From Chlorokybus atmophyticus (lineage: Eukaryota > Plantae > Mesostigma and Chlorokybus algae), in the NCBI GenBank assembly GCA_009103225.1, contig RHPI01003533.1, forward strand, positions 1-64,000: DNA of 64,000 nt. The letters are read 5' to 3'. Both the position numbers and the translations under genes were made by a program. Shown here in pieces: positions 1 to 10,569 of the stretch. Position 1 is the stretch's first letter; every line of letters starts with the position of its first letter. The notes beneath the pieces were generated by a model that was not told the DNA's origin, made no database searches, and was given only the letters and a program-made list of their open reading frames with translations.

Positions 1-462
1 ACGCGCGGGTTGAAGACTCTTTGTCGCAAGGAAGTTGAGCTTCGTGACGCCAAGACTCTCGCGGAGGCCATTCGCATTGCTGAGCGCACGGACGTGTTGT
101 ACTTCAAGGGGGCTGCCAAAAACACTGACCGTGGACATTACAATCACTTCCGTGGAGGTTTGTATCGCTCATACGCATCTGTTGGGGCTGGTTCGGGAGC
201 TGCAGCAGCTCAGGGGGCTGGCTTTGGACCAACTCTAATGGAATTGGGTGCGCTCCATGTTGCTATGAAGGCCCCAAAGGGTCGGGAGGCTGCCAAGGCT
301 GTTTGGAAGTGCTGGGAGTGCTCTTCTGCTGATCACGTGCGCTCCAACTGCCCTATCTATAAGGCAAAGTCTGCTGCACATGCCCGCAACGCTCGCAGCG
401 GTGGACGCGTGAACATGGTGGAGGAGGAGATGTTGCAGCCGGGAAACGGCTCACCTCAGTAG
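1..462 (+). CDS. gag: Gag C-terminal part with CCHC zinc knuckle
   Basis: Frame open from base 1; CWECSSADHVRSNC fits CX2CX4HX4C; stop TAG at 460-462. Confidence 0.9.
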   Translation, partial: TRGLKTLCRKEVELRDAKTLAEAIRIAERTDVLYFKGAAKNTDRGHYNHFRGGLYRSYASVGAGSGAAAAQGAGFGPTLMELGALHVAMKAPKGREAAKAVWKCWECSSADHVRSNCPIYKAKSAAHARNARSGGRVNMVEEEMLQPGNGSPQ

Positions 463-485
463 CTGGAGAGGCTCCTGTTGAGGTG
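441..485 (+). other. Putative -1 programmed ribosomal frameshift signal
   Basis: G GGA AAC at 441-447 in gag phase; stem CACCTCA (452-458) / TGAGGTG (479-485) with inner GGAG/CTCC pair. Confidence 0.8.
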
Positions 486-3400
486 GTGATGCAGCCTCAC
501 TATGATGTTGAATGTCCAGCGGCTGGCGTGGAAGCGTTGTTGACGGTTGGCGGCATGTGCGCAACGGCAACGCAAAGCGGTATGGTTCGAGTGCCCGACA
601 AGGCGAGGCAGCTGTTGGGAGTCATGGCTCTGATCCGTGAGGGCAATGGGCCATGGATGGAGTGCAAGATGCTGGTGGATTGCGGCGCGAACAGCAATTT
701 CATGAGTCGTGAGGTTGCGCGTCGGCACAAGTGGTTGTCATGGGCAAATGCCGGCTCGGTGGCTCTAGCGGACGGCTATGCGCCAGCAGGAGGAGCTTCC
801 AAGCAAAGCAAAGAGCTTGAAATGCACGTGGGGATGATGAAGGATCGCCTACGGTTTTGCTGCATCGAGCTGAACAACGGCTTTGATGGCATTTTGGGGC
901 TGCCTTGGCTTTGGTCACATAACCCCGCCATTGATTGGAGGAAGCGGGTGCTCACTACCCCGGAAGCTGGTGGTGAGGTTTTGATGTGCTTCAATGCTTC
1001 AATGCAAGGCGCGTGTGTGGTTCAAGAGCGTGTGAGCTGCGTCGAGGCTGCTAGCAATGTGCTGCATGCGCGTGACGCGCACGACACGACGGCGCGCCAG
1101 CAAGCTGCACCACAACATGCTTCTAGCTCAAGGGGAGGGGTTCCAGAGCTGGTGTCACAAGTTTCTAAGACCAAGATGGAGCAGATCTGGTCCGGGAACA
1201 ATGTGAAGGATGCATGGCTGTGCATGGTGCGTGAGACACCTCCCAAGTCGGACTTGGAGCTGGTCGGCACTGGTTCGGAGAGTTCGAAGGACCCCGAGGT
1301 GCAGAGGTTGCTTGAAGAGTTCAAAGACGTCATGGTGGATGGGCTACCAGCTGGTCTGCCACCCACGCGAAGTGTTGATCACCGTGTGGAACTGATAGAG
1401 GGCGTGCACAAGCCGCCGTACCGACCGGTGTACAAGTTGTCTCCGGCTGAACTCGAAGAGGCGAGGAGCCAAGTCGAGGACCTTCTACAACGTGGGTACA
1501 TCAGGCACAGCAAGTCTCCTTACGGTGCACCTATCCTATTTGTACGTAAGAAGAGCGGAGCCTTGCGCATGTGCATCGACTATCGGCCACTCAACAACAT
1601 CACCAAGAAGAATGTGTTCCCTTTGCCACGCATTGATGAGTTGTTGGAGCAGCTCGAGGGTGCTGAGTTCTTCTCAAGCTTGGACCTAGCTGGTGGCTAC
1701 CATCAGATCCGTGTTGCGCCCGAAGACGTTGAGAAGACGGCTTTCAACACTCGCTATGGCCACTATGAGTGGTTGGTGATGTCCTTTGGCATGACAAATG
1801 CTCCGGCAACCTTTCAAACCTTGATGAATGAGGTCTTTGCTGATCTGATTGGCAAGGGCGTGCTAGTGTACCTCGACGACATCCTTGTGTACACAAAGAG
1901 CAAGAGAGAGCACGTGGCATTGCTACACGAGGTGATGCAGCGTTTACGTACACACAAGTTGTTTGCTCAGCTCAACAAGTGCCGCTTCTTGCTTGAAGAG
2001 GTAGAATACCTTGGCCACATTGTATCCAAGCAAGGAATCAAGGCAGATCCAAGCAAGCTTGCCGCGGTGCGCGATTGGGCTGCCCCGAAGGACGTGAAGG
2101 GTGTCATGTCGTTCCTAGGGCTTGCCGGCTACTATCGTAAGTTTGTAAAGGGCTTTTCGCACTTGGCGGCACCATTGACGGCATTGTTGAGGAAGGGGGT
2201 GGCTTGGAGCTGGTCGGAGGCTGCAACAAAGGCATTTTCCGACTTGAAAGAGGCCCTGACATCGGCTCCCGTGCTGCTGCATCCCAACATGCAATTGCCC
2301 TTTGTGGTGGCGTGTGATGCGTCCGACAAGGCTATTGGGGCTGTTTTGCAGCAGGATCACGGCAACGGCTTGCAACCGGTGGCCTATTTCAGCAAGAAGA
2401 TGAGCGGGGCTGAGCTCAACTACCCCGTTCATGAGAAGGAATTGCTGGCGCAGGTGCTAGCGCTACGGCAATGGCGTTGTTTCCTTGAAGGCAAGCGGTT
2501 CACACTTGAGACGGACCACTCGCCATTAAGGTACCTTCAAACGCAGCCTCACCTCTCACGGCGGCAAGCTCGTTGGCTCGAGTTCTTCCAACTCTTCGAC
2601 TTTGAAGTGAAGTACAAGCCGGGCTCTTCAAATAAGGTTGCGGACGCATTAAGCCGTCAACTCAACGCGCTTGAAACGGTGGTGCAAGTGCAGCCCAAGT
2701 GGCTTGACCAGATCCGTGCCTTATTGCATGAGGACGCGGTGGGGGAGAAGACCATTGAGGCGTTGGAGAATGGGACTGAACATAGCGGCCTTTGGGCATT
2801 GAAGGACGGGCTGCTATGGCATGGCGATCGCATGTACATACCCAACATTGCGCACATGCGCGTGGCATTGATGAAGGAAGCGCATGATGTGCCAATGGCT
2901 GGTCATCAAGGGCTGGAACGGACACTAGCCTTGTTGAAACAGAAATTTTTCTGGTCGGAGATGCATCGTGACGTTAAGGACTATGTGGCATTGTGCGACA
3001 CTTGTCAAAGGGTGAAGGCGAGCAATCAACGCGCCAGTGGGCTGCTCCAACCATTGCCGATACCTTTGACGAAGTGGGAGCAAGTTACTCTTGACTTCAT
3101 CACGGGGCTGCCACGGACACGTGAAGGGCATGATGCTATCTTGGTGTTTGTGGACAAGACTAGCAAAATGGTGCGATTGGCGCCATGTACGGAGACTTGC
3201 ACAGCTCCCGAGGCTGCCAAGTTGTTCATCAAGCATGTGGTGCGCTCTCATGGCCTTCCAAGAAGCATTATCAGTGATAGAGACCCGCGGTTTACTGGCA
3301 ACTTTTGGAGAGCTCTCCACGCAACTCTAGGCACGAGCTTGAAGTTCAGCACCGCGTACCACCCTGAAACGGACGGCCAAACGGAGCGCGCCAACCGCGT

Positions 3401-4169
3401 CATCGAAGACATGCTACGGTGCTATGTGAACAGCCGCCAAGACAATTGGGGAGACATGCTGGAGCTGATTGAGTTCACCATTAACAACCACAAGAGTGCA
3501 AGCACGGGCGTGACACCTTTCCTTATGAACTATGGGCAACATCCATTGACGCCATTGACGGCGTGGGTGCCTAGCATGCAAAGTTCAGATGTGGAGGCCG
3601 TGGACGGCTTTCTTGAAAGGTGTGCCGACATTACCAAGGCAGCTCGAGAGGCTCTGCTTGTGGCGCAAAACCGGCAAAAGCAATACGCCGATGCGCGTCG
3701 CAAGGATGTTGTGTTCGAGGAGGGTGACCTTGTAATGCTTTCAACCAAGCATGTGCAGCTGGTCACGGGGGTGCGCAAGCTGAGTGAGCGATGGTTTGGG
3801 CCCTTTAAAGTGATCAAGGTCATCTCGAAGGTGGCCTACAAGCTGGAGCTGCCCAATACCATGCATGTGCACCCTGTTTTTCATGTCTCGCTTCTTAAAG
3901 GTTATCGAGGGGAGCCACCAGCTCGTCCGCCTCCAGATGTGGTTCGTGAAGGTGAGGCTGAGTGGGAAGTGGAAGCAATTGTCACGGACAAGCTGATCCG
4001 AGGCGTGCGCAAGTATTTGGTGAAGTGGCGTGGCTATCCAATGCACGAGGCGACATACGAGCCCGAGGAGAGCTTTACCAATGCCAAACAGGTCTTGCAA
4101 GACTACAAGGCCAGAGGAGGCAGTCGTCAGCTTCGAGGACGAAGCTCCCCCGGGGGGGAAGGGGTGTAA
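441..4169 (+). CDS. pol: Pol polyprotein (protease, RT, RNase H, integrase, chromodomain) in the -1 frame relative to gag
   Basis: LVDCGA protease; RMCIDYRPLN and YLDD RT motifs; CDASD/ETDH RNase H; HHCC plus DFITGLP...DRD...GQTE integrase; EWEVEAIV...YLVKWRGY chromodomain. Frame stays open from 441 into the 483 ORF. Confidence 0.96.
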   Translation, partial: GKRLTSVAGEAPVEVVMQPHYDVECPAAGVEALLTVGGMCATATQSGMVRVPDKARQLLGVMALIREGNGPWMECKMLVDCGANSNFMSREVARRHKWLSWANAGSVALADGYAPAGGASKQSKELEMHVGMMKDRLRFCCIELNNGFDGILGLPWLWSHNPAIDWRKRVLTTPEAGGEVLMCFNASMQGACVVQERVSCVEAASNVLHARDAHDTTARQQAAPQHASSSRGGVPELVSQVSKTKMEQIWSGNNVKDAWLCMVRETPPKSDLELVGTGSESSKDPEVQRLLEEFKDVMVDGLPAGLPPTRSVDHRVELIEGVHKPPYRPVYKLSPAELEEARSQVEDLLQRGYIRHSKSPYGAPILFVRKKSGALRMCIDYRPLNNITKKNVFPLPRIDELLEQLEGAEFFSSLDLAGGYHQIRVAPEDVEKTAFNTRYGHYEWLVMSFGMTNAPATFQTLMNEVFADLIGKGVLVYLDDILVYTKSKREHVALLHEVMQRLRTHKLFAQLNKCRFLLEEVEYLGHIVSKQGIKADPSKLAAVRDWAAPKDVKGVMSFLGLAGYYRKFVKGFSHLAAPLTALLRKGVAWSWSEAATKAFSDLKEALTSAPVLLHPNMQLPFVVACDASDKAIGAVLQQDHGNGLQPVAYFSKKMSGAELNYPVHEKELLAQVLALRQWRCFLEGKRFTLETDHSPLRYLQTQPHLSRRQARWLEFFQLFDFEVKYKPGSSNKVADALSRQLNALETVVQVQPKWLDQIRALLHEDAVGEKTIEALENGTEHSGLWALKDGLLWHGDRMYIPNIAHMRVALMKEAHDVPMAGHQGLERTLALLKQKFFWSEMHRDVKDYVALCDTCQRVKASNQRASGLLQPLPIPLTKWEQVTLDFITGLPRTREGHDAILVFVDKTSKMVRLAPCTETCTAPEAAKLFIKHVVRSHGLPRSIISDRDPRFTGNFWRALHATLGTSLKFSTAYHPETDGQTERANRVIEDMLRCYVNSRQDNWGDMLELIEFTINNHKSASTGVTPFLMNYGQHPLTPLTAWVPSMQSSDVEAVDGFLERCADITKAAREALLVAQNRQKQYADARRKDVVFEEGDLVMLSTKHVQLVTGVRKLSERWFGPFKVIKVISKVAYKLELPNTMHVHPVFHVSLLKGYRGEPPARPPPDVVREGEAEWEVEAIVTDKLIRGVRKYLVKWRGYPMHEATYEPEESFTNAKQVLQDYKARGGSRQLRGRSSPGGEGV
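4152..4164 (+). other. Polypurine tract
   Basis: GGGGGGGAAGGGG immediately before TGTAAC. Confidence 0.9.
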
Positions 4170-4806
4170 CAGCCTGGGCCATTTTTGTATTTTATTGTAC
4201 ATAAAGTACTTATTTTGCCTTTTTTGCTGGCTCGATGAGGGCTTTTATGAGCTTTATTAAGCCCATGTGGCGCCTGCCCCTGCTGCCGCGCGCGACTCGC
4301 CTGCGACCTGCTCGACAGCAGCTAATTCGGCGACGTGACCCACCTGCCACGCGGTTGTGACACAGCCGCTGACTGGACACGCGCTGTGCAGTGCCAGGTG
4401 ACGCGGACTGCACAGTCACACAGCCGCCGAAGGCCCAACGCGCGTGGCGGGGAGCCTGCACTTGGACCTGCCTTTAGATTTGGTAGTGAATACTGAAATG
4501 CCTGTTAATTAGGCTATTTCTTCCTAGTGCTTGTATAAATAGAAAAACCCTGCGTAATGCAACCAACTTTGTTTTCCAGCTCTCTGCTGTGAGTATGCTG
4601 GTGCATGCTTGAGGGAGTTGTGGTCCAAGGCACACTGCTGCGTTCTTGCTTGGCGTGAGAAGTAGTAGTGTTCGTGTGCGTGGGCGCGCTCGACGCGTGC
4701 GTGCGTGCGCGAGTGAAGGCAAGGTTTCGGTGTGAAGATTGTGCTCAGCTGCACACATGTGTTGTATGACTTGTGTGCTGTGTATGTGAGCACGAGCATC
4801 GTTACA
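4165..4806 (+). repeat. 3' LTR of the chromovirus element (about 642 bp)
   Basis: Starts TGTAAC after the PPT and ends at the exact reverse complement GTTACA (4801-4806); TATAAATAG near 4535. No second LTR in the window to confirm the right edge. Confidence 0.8.
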
Positions 4807-5602
4807 TGCGCCATTCAGATGGGAGTCACTACGCCTGCAACGCGATAACAGAGTTTGGTGGCAGAGGCAGCTTGCACACCCGCGTGCACCATGTGTGCTG
4901 ATTTGTCGCATTGAAGAGCCACCCCCCCCAGCGGATGGGGAGACGCCCTGTTGCAAGAAAGCGATGTACCATGTCTGCATTATAGCACATTAGAAGACTG
5001 TGGCAACTAAATCAAAGAATATACAAGCGTGTCTATTCTGCAAGCAACCTCACCCTTTTTAGTCGCCACGCCTGATGCAAGACGCCAACGTGTCGGCGGT
5101 GATTTGGCCCCCGCCTTGATGCCAATTGTCCATATATTGTAGTTTTGTGTTGGCTTCCTGTGAACCATGTAGGTACATGTATAGTTGCAGCATGGTGCAT
5201 GGTGCACCAGAGATGTGCTGTTGTCAGAAGCATTGGCTGTACATGTGTATGATGACTGCCCGGCGCATGAGTCAGTGCATGGCTTGCATACCTCGCTGGT
5301 TTAGAGCGTGGTTGACAGCAACAAACTCGGACAGCGCTCTGGGTTCCATGGCATGACAGCACATTATTACTCTACGATCGTGGTAGTATGCGAGTATCCT
5401 TGTACTGTAGTATCATTCACAGATGGAGTACCATTCATGTTGATGTAGTACCATGCATCGGTTTGCAATAGCGTCCTTGGTACAATCTTGCTTCACTTGA
5501 AATTTGACCCATTTTGGGTTCGTAAGCTGGCAACCCTAAATTGATGCCCATACCTTAAAGTCTCACTCAGTTTGTGGGCAGCCGTGCCGATTCCTATTTT
5601 GC

Positions 5603-5950
5603 ATGATGTCGGCGGCAGCAGTTGAATCCCCCTCACCTATGAGACCATGCTTGGTGTGCCCACAATGCAATGCGTACGTATGTGCCAATGGCCGTAGGCC
5701 GCAGCAGATGCGAGCACACTTGACCGAATGCCAGCGAGTGCAGACAGTGTGCCACGGTTTTAGTGCTGCTTGCTGGCATCACACCACACACAATGTCGAC
5801 GTGTTTGGCTGCCGCCTCGGCCAAGTGCTGTGCAAGGACCCCGAGTTTTTCCATTGCGTGCGTGTGCGAATCGTGCTCGCGCTCATGCTTCGAGTGGCGA
5901 GGGGAACCCATGCGCTTCTTCACATAGACAACAGCGGGACATGCGGTTAG
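5603..5950 (+). CDS. Cys/His-rich ORF with a C2HC zinc-finger-like motif; possible first exon of the Tudor-DNMT gene
   Basis: CPQCNAYVCANGRRPQQMRAHLTEC; same strand and just upstream of the Tudor exon. Splicing to it not resolved. Confidence 0.3.
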   Translation: MMSAAAVESPSPMRPCLVCPQCNAYVCANGRRPQQMRAHLTECQRVQTVCHGFSAACWHHTTHNVDVFGCRLGQVLCKDPEFFHCVRVRIVLALMLRVARGTHALLHIDNSGTCG

Positions 5951-6174
5951 TGGACAGATGGTGGATGCTGTGGAGGTTATTCGGCAGAGTGGACCGCGAC
6001 GTATCACTGCATGTTGGGCGAATGCTTATTTCATGCATGTTGAAGCTGTTGTCGCATTCAGAGCAGTCTTGCACGGTGTGGGCGTCGGCAGTTCCATCCT
6101 TGGCCGCTGTAGAGGAGGCAGACCATCGACCGTTGGACAGCGCACTGCATCGGCTGCGGAACGCAGTTAAGTTG

Positions 6175-6271
6175 GGATGCGAGCAGCTGATCGGTGTGAG
6201 TGTCATGGTGCATTGGCCGCTCAATGGGGAATGGTATGCGGGCGTTGTGGAATCATTCAAGCAAGCGTCAG
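6175..6271 (+). CDS. Tudor-like domain exon, spliced in frame to the DNMT exon
   Basis: LIGVSVMVHWPLNGEWYAGVVESFKQASG. GT at 6272 and TTTGCAG ending 6345 give a 74-nt phase-1 intron that restores ...KQASGQHRIVFDDGD, the PDS5/MSH6-type Tudor pattern (V.WP...WY.G.V......H.I.YDDG). Confidence 0.75.
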
Positions 6272-6345
6272 GTCGGCATCGCTTCGTGGCGTAAAGATTG
6301 TGGACGCATCATATATGCATGGTGCAATGGAAAATGTCTTTGCAG

Positions 6346-7331
6346 GGCAGCACCGCATAGTATTCGATGACGGTGATCGACCACAAACCATCAACTTCAA
6401 AGGGCACAACATATTCGCGTACACATCAGTTGACGGGGCACGCCATGTTCTGCGCGCCGGAGGGGAGAACGTCAGTCGCAAAGTAAGCCCGGACGGCATC
6501 ATTGTTAGTCCCTGGCCAGCACCATGGCCAGCCATGACCACATACACGCCATTTGACAACAAGCTGGGACGCACACGCAGACCAAGGGCACTCGACCTAT
6601 TCTGCGGCGGTGGCGGTGCCAGTGTCGGTCTATACCACGCAGGCTTTGACGTGACCGGGATGGACATAAGTCCCTCCTCTGAGTACCCGCTGCCCTTCAT
6701 ACACCGCGATGTATGCACCCTGAGTGCAGGAGAGCTGAGCGAGTACGAGCTCATCTGGGCCAGTCCACCATGCCAGGCCTATTCAGGTGCTATCCCGGCA
6801 CCTCAACGGGCGGCACATGGCACATCCTGGAGACACCAGGATATGATACCGCTCGTCCGACGTCTGCTGCTTGCAAGCCAGGTCAAGTTTGTGATTGAGA
6901 ATGTGCCAGGAGCAGCTTCCTCATTCAGACCCAATCTGTCCCTTTGTGGCACGATGTTTGGCCTATCAACTTTCCGACACCGTCTGTTTGAGACACAGCC
7001 AGTGGTAGCTACCCCACCAGCACGCTGCTCGCACGCGGGCAAGGCAGTTGGACTGCTATTGCCGCACTTGTCCGCTAGCGCGAAGAAGACAATCATGACA
7101 TCAAACGCGCCACATCAGATGTACTCGGTCTATTGCCTTCCAAGCACCAGGGGCGGCATTGCTGCGTGGCAAACAGCGATGGGAGTGCCATGGATGACCT
7201 CGGCCGTTTCCATAGCGAATGCAGTTCCTCCCGCAATGGCGGAGTGCATAGGGCGTCTCATGCTTGAAACAATGGATATGCGCTGTGACTACCCTCCTGT
7301 CTTGAGTGTGGTGCACTGTATTGATGCTTAA
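6346..7331 (+). CDS. C5 cytosine DNA methyltransferase, short bacterial/phage-like type, catalytic motifs intact
   Basis: Motif I LDLFCGGGG, motif IV WASPPCQAYS, motif VI VIENVPG, motif VIII LCGTMFGLSTFRHRLFE, motif X-like MGVPWMT...NAVPPAMAECIG; no stops or frameshifts. Confidence 0.93.
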
Positions 7332-8135
7332 TGCCACACGGCGGATTGATTGTTGAATGTTGCATGGCACATTCGATTGTGGTGACAGTTGTCCAGTGAC
7401 AGCTGCCCGGTATTGTACATGTCCACAAGCAAAAGTCTGACCATACGATTAGCAATGCCTAGCTGAGTGATATGCTCCAAACTCAGAGTAGTGAGACAAG
7501 TACATGTGTCACGTGGAAGTGCAGTGAACGTTCACTCAATACTTGCCCTCTTGTACACGGGTGCTGTCCTTGTCAAACACGGGGAGCAGCTGGACAATGC
7601 CTTTTACTTGCTCCAGAGTCACAACATCGAGATGTGGACCGCCTCGACGCTTTTCCCATTCCAGAGCGATGCACTTTGTGTCGCTCGTCACATCCAGCTT
7701 CGTGTACCAGCGGACAAACACGACCTCCTTCCACACGTGCTCGCCGCTACCACCCCACACCACCACGCGCAGAAAAAGGAGTGCTTGAGCCCACCACGTC
7801 ACGTTCACACCGTCCTCATCACCTTCAAACTCAAGTGTAGAGAACCAAGGCCGCCCATGGAACATCCCGATGCCTTTGCCAAAAGGTATGGGCATTGTAC
7901 AAAGGTACCATTGAAATGGTACCTTTGTACAATGGCAATGGCGATTCGTACCATTGACAACTCTGGCAATGTCAGTCCCCCTGCGCATGAAAACACCATT
8001 GATAGCTCCGCCAAGCTATGCCCTTACAGGGGCGTGATGCCGAGGGTATGTGGCGTTTGGAGGATCGTTGGCGGCGCTGCCAGGGGCGTAGTGGGCATTA
8101 TGGTCGAGGTCCGGGATGAATTCCATGTTCGCACA

Positions 8136-8974
8136 GGGCGGGCAGGGTGCCGGAGGGGTGTCCTCGGTGTCAAACCCCACCATGCCTACCAAGGGCACAA
8201 CCAATGACAACAGTGACTCGGGCGATATCTTATAGGGCTCCCCCTCCAAGTGGGCAAAGGCACACCACAATACTGCCTCTAAGAAAATCCGACCCACCAG
8301 CAGCTGCGACCACGGCGACATGATTGAAGGGACCAAACAAGACTGGCATAACCAAGGTGGGTTACGATGCACTGTCAATGCCACATGCTAGGGTTCTTTT
8401 ATCTTGCACATGCACAGCCTCCAGTATCTTGCACTTGACATACGCTGTCAATACCACATGCACACCCTCATGCACAACCTTCAGTGTTATGCACATGAAC
8501 AGCATGACCAATCTCGCAAATGCACAGCCTATTTCTACTTGCGGGAGCTCACAAGTCGCAAAAGAGAAGCTGCGAAGTACCACGAACGGGTAATCCATGA
8601 CCTAGTTTAATGTTTCTAGCGGTAATTAAGCAGTATGCTTGCAGATTGCTATGTTGGTTAGAGTGAACCGAGAGCAGCGCGGCAGGCTGACTGTCTGCCT
8701 GGCGGAGTGCAATAAAGCAGAAGACGAGGTAAGCATGTGTATGCTGATGGGCTAGTCCTCAGTTACCGTAACGCCACTCTTACAGCATTACCAAATGCAG
8801 GTGGTCACTCTCAAAGCGACCATCAAGCGCATGCGCGTGCACGGCGAGGCGCTGACATTCAAGCTGAAGGACGAAGTAGCCGCTGTACTGTTAGCGAGCG
8901 AGGCAGCGGATGAAGATGACTCCGGCGTTGAAGCAGAAGACTTGTCGGAGGAGGAACAGGAGGAGGGGGTTTGA
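8136..8974 (+). CDS. Spliced 3' exons of an unknown coiled-coil protein with an acidic tail (may belong to the DNMT locus)
   Basis: Phase-compatible GT-AG introns 8357-8527, 8590-8644 and 8729-8800 join ...DWHNQ/AYFYLRELTSRKREAAKYHER/IAMLVRVNREQ.../VVTLKATIKR...EEEQEEGV*. An in-frame TAG at 8233-8235 is either an acceptor or a nonsense change. Confidence 0.5.
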
Positions 8975-10099
8975 GGAGGAGTTCTGAGGCAGGCACCACG
9001 GGTTGACAAGCTGCGCATGAGTTCGACAGCTAGACTCAATGTTATAGGGAAGTTTCATGCGCAAGTCGGCTGCTCAGTTGCAAGTGGACATGCTCTCACC
9101 ACTGCCGGTACATTGTATATATTGTGGGCTTATAGGTGCAAGACCAAACAATCAGTACAAGGTTTGTACAAGCTGCATGGCATGTTAGTGTTGGCTTACG
9201 GCAAGAATTGCCAACTTTTGTCAAACGGCAAGGGTCACATAACAACAGCAGTGTAACGGCAAAGAAACTGCCGGCTATTGCTGTCAGCTGTCCGTAACTA
9301 CCAGCTAACGGCCGTCTGTGCACATCGACCAAAGGGTAACTGGTTGACAACTCTCGGCCGGTTAGTGCCACTGACAACCACTTTCGGCCCGCGGCCGTTT
9401 GCGTCAGTCCATTTAAGCCAACGGCAAACCCAACAGTCCACAAGTTATACTTCAGGCAGCGACAGGCAGGCTCAGGCACCAGTTAGTACCTCGATCTTTA
9501 GTCAGTCACCGTGTAAAATTTGCGACGTATGTGGCTCAGCAAAAGTGGGGCTACATCCGTGAGCGCCGGCCTCCTCACAGCAAATGTGGAGGAGGAAGTG
9601 GAGGTGACAGAGCCGTGCTTAGGCGGTACAGCGGTGGTAATCCCAACGCCCCCGCTCGTCCGATTGTTGTCCGGCAGGTGGCCTTGCTAATACACGCCAG
9701 CATATTAGTCACCCCTCCGGTGTTGTGGCAGACCCATACCCAAGCGCATATATGAACCGACAAAAGGAGGATAAGCGTGGCGGTTACTCTACCGCACCTT
9801 ATTATTGGGTGGGAGGAGCGCCGCAACGCTGGTGTCACTCAATTGGAGTAATCTTCATGAAGTGTCCTCCTTCTCAGATATGCAGAGAATTGTGTCAGTC
9901 TGGTGAGCCTGGCTGGATACACACATGCGTGGTGTGAGCAACAGTGTTGTGTACGAGGTTGCCCTGCATTGCACCGCTATGTGATGCAATGGCACACCAA
10001 GCCTTATGATCCTGATGAGGACGTGGGCATAGCACTCTTGTTAATAACTGTACATGTGCAATGTGTAGACCTCGTGCTCCCTGTACATCAGAGATTTTG

Positions 10100-10527
10100 T
10101 GTTGAAGGACTAGCATGCACATGTAGCTGAGGCAAGCATAGACACACAGAGACAGAGCTACCGCCACCAGAGCATACACAAGTCACATCACATTCATCTA
10201 TTACAAGTTGTCCGCTGGTTCTTATACCAGCCAGTTACACACGTCTACGTTTGCAAGCACTGCGTAAGCTATACTCAGCCTTTTGACGCGCTCTAAGCTG
10301 TAAGTGTGTTGTCTTCCTTACAACCAGAGCTTTCCAACAAGCTCTTACACGCCTAATATGAGTAAGTATACGCGGAGATACGAAGCAGTTAGTAAGGCTC
10401 CAGTCTGGAGTCCGGAGTCTGGTCCGACGATGCCATCTTGCTAAGTCCGGACCTAGTGCTCGTCCTTACGACCTTCTACTCCTGTGTGGAGGGTCGATGC
10501 TGATTGTATGTAGGAATACTCTCAACA
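10100..10527 (-). repeat. Copia-A 3' LTR
   Basis: TGTTGAAGG...CTCTCAACA; adjacent PPT reads GCGTGGGAG on the minus strand (10528-10536). Confidence 0.95.
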
Positions 10528-10569
10528 CTCCCACGCGAGCAGCTTGACCTCCAACGCTTGCTCCTGTAG

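Larger units (their letters stand above)
1..4806 (+). mobile_element. Ty3/Gypsy chromovirus-type LTR retrotransposon, 3' part (5' end outside window), ORFs intact
   Basis: Gag zinc knuckle, then PR-RT-RH-IN-chromodomain order; PPT at 4152-4164; LTR 4165-4806 bounded by TGTAAC...GTTACA. Confidence 0.96.

Noticed and set aside
5200-5545. Mostly open frame (DVLLSEALAVH...FDPFWVRKL) with two stops
   Set aside because: No recognisable motif; cannot be told apart from chance.
7467-7890. Faint resemblance to an MT-A70 adenine methylase (L.W...L..A..LL..W.F pattern)
   Set aside because: No DPPW catalytic motif found; similarity too weak without a profile search.
9490-10099. Short ORFs before the Copia-A LTR
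   Set aside because: No domain motif or consistent splice pattern could be established.
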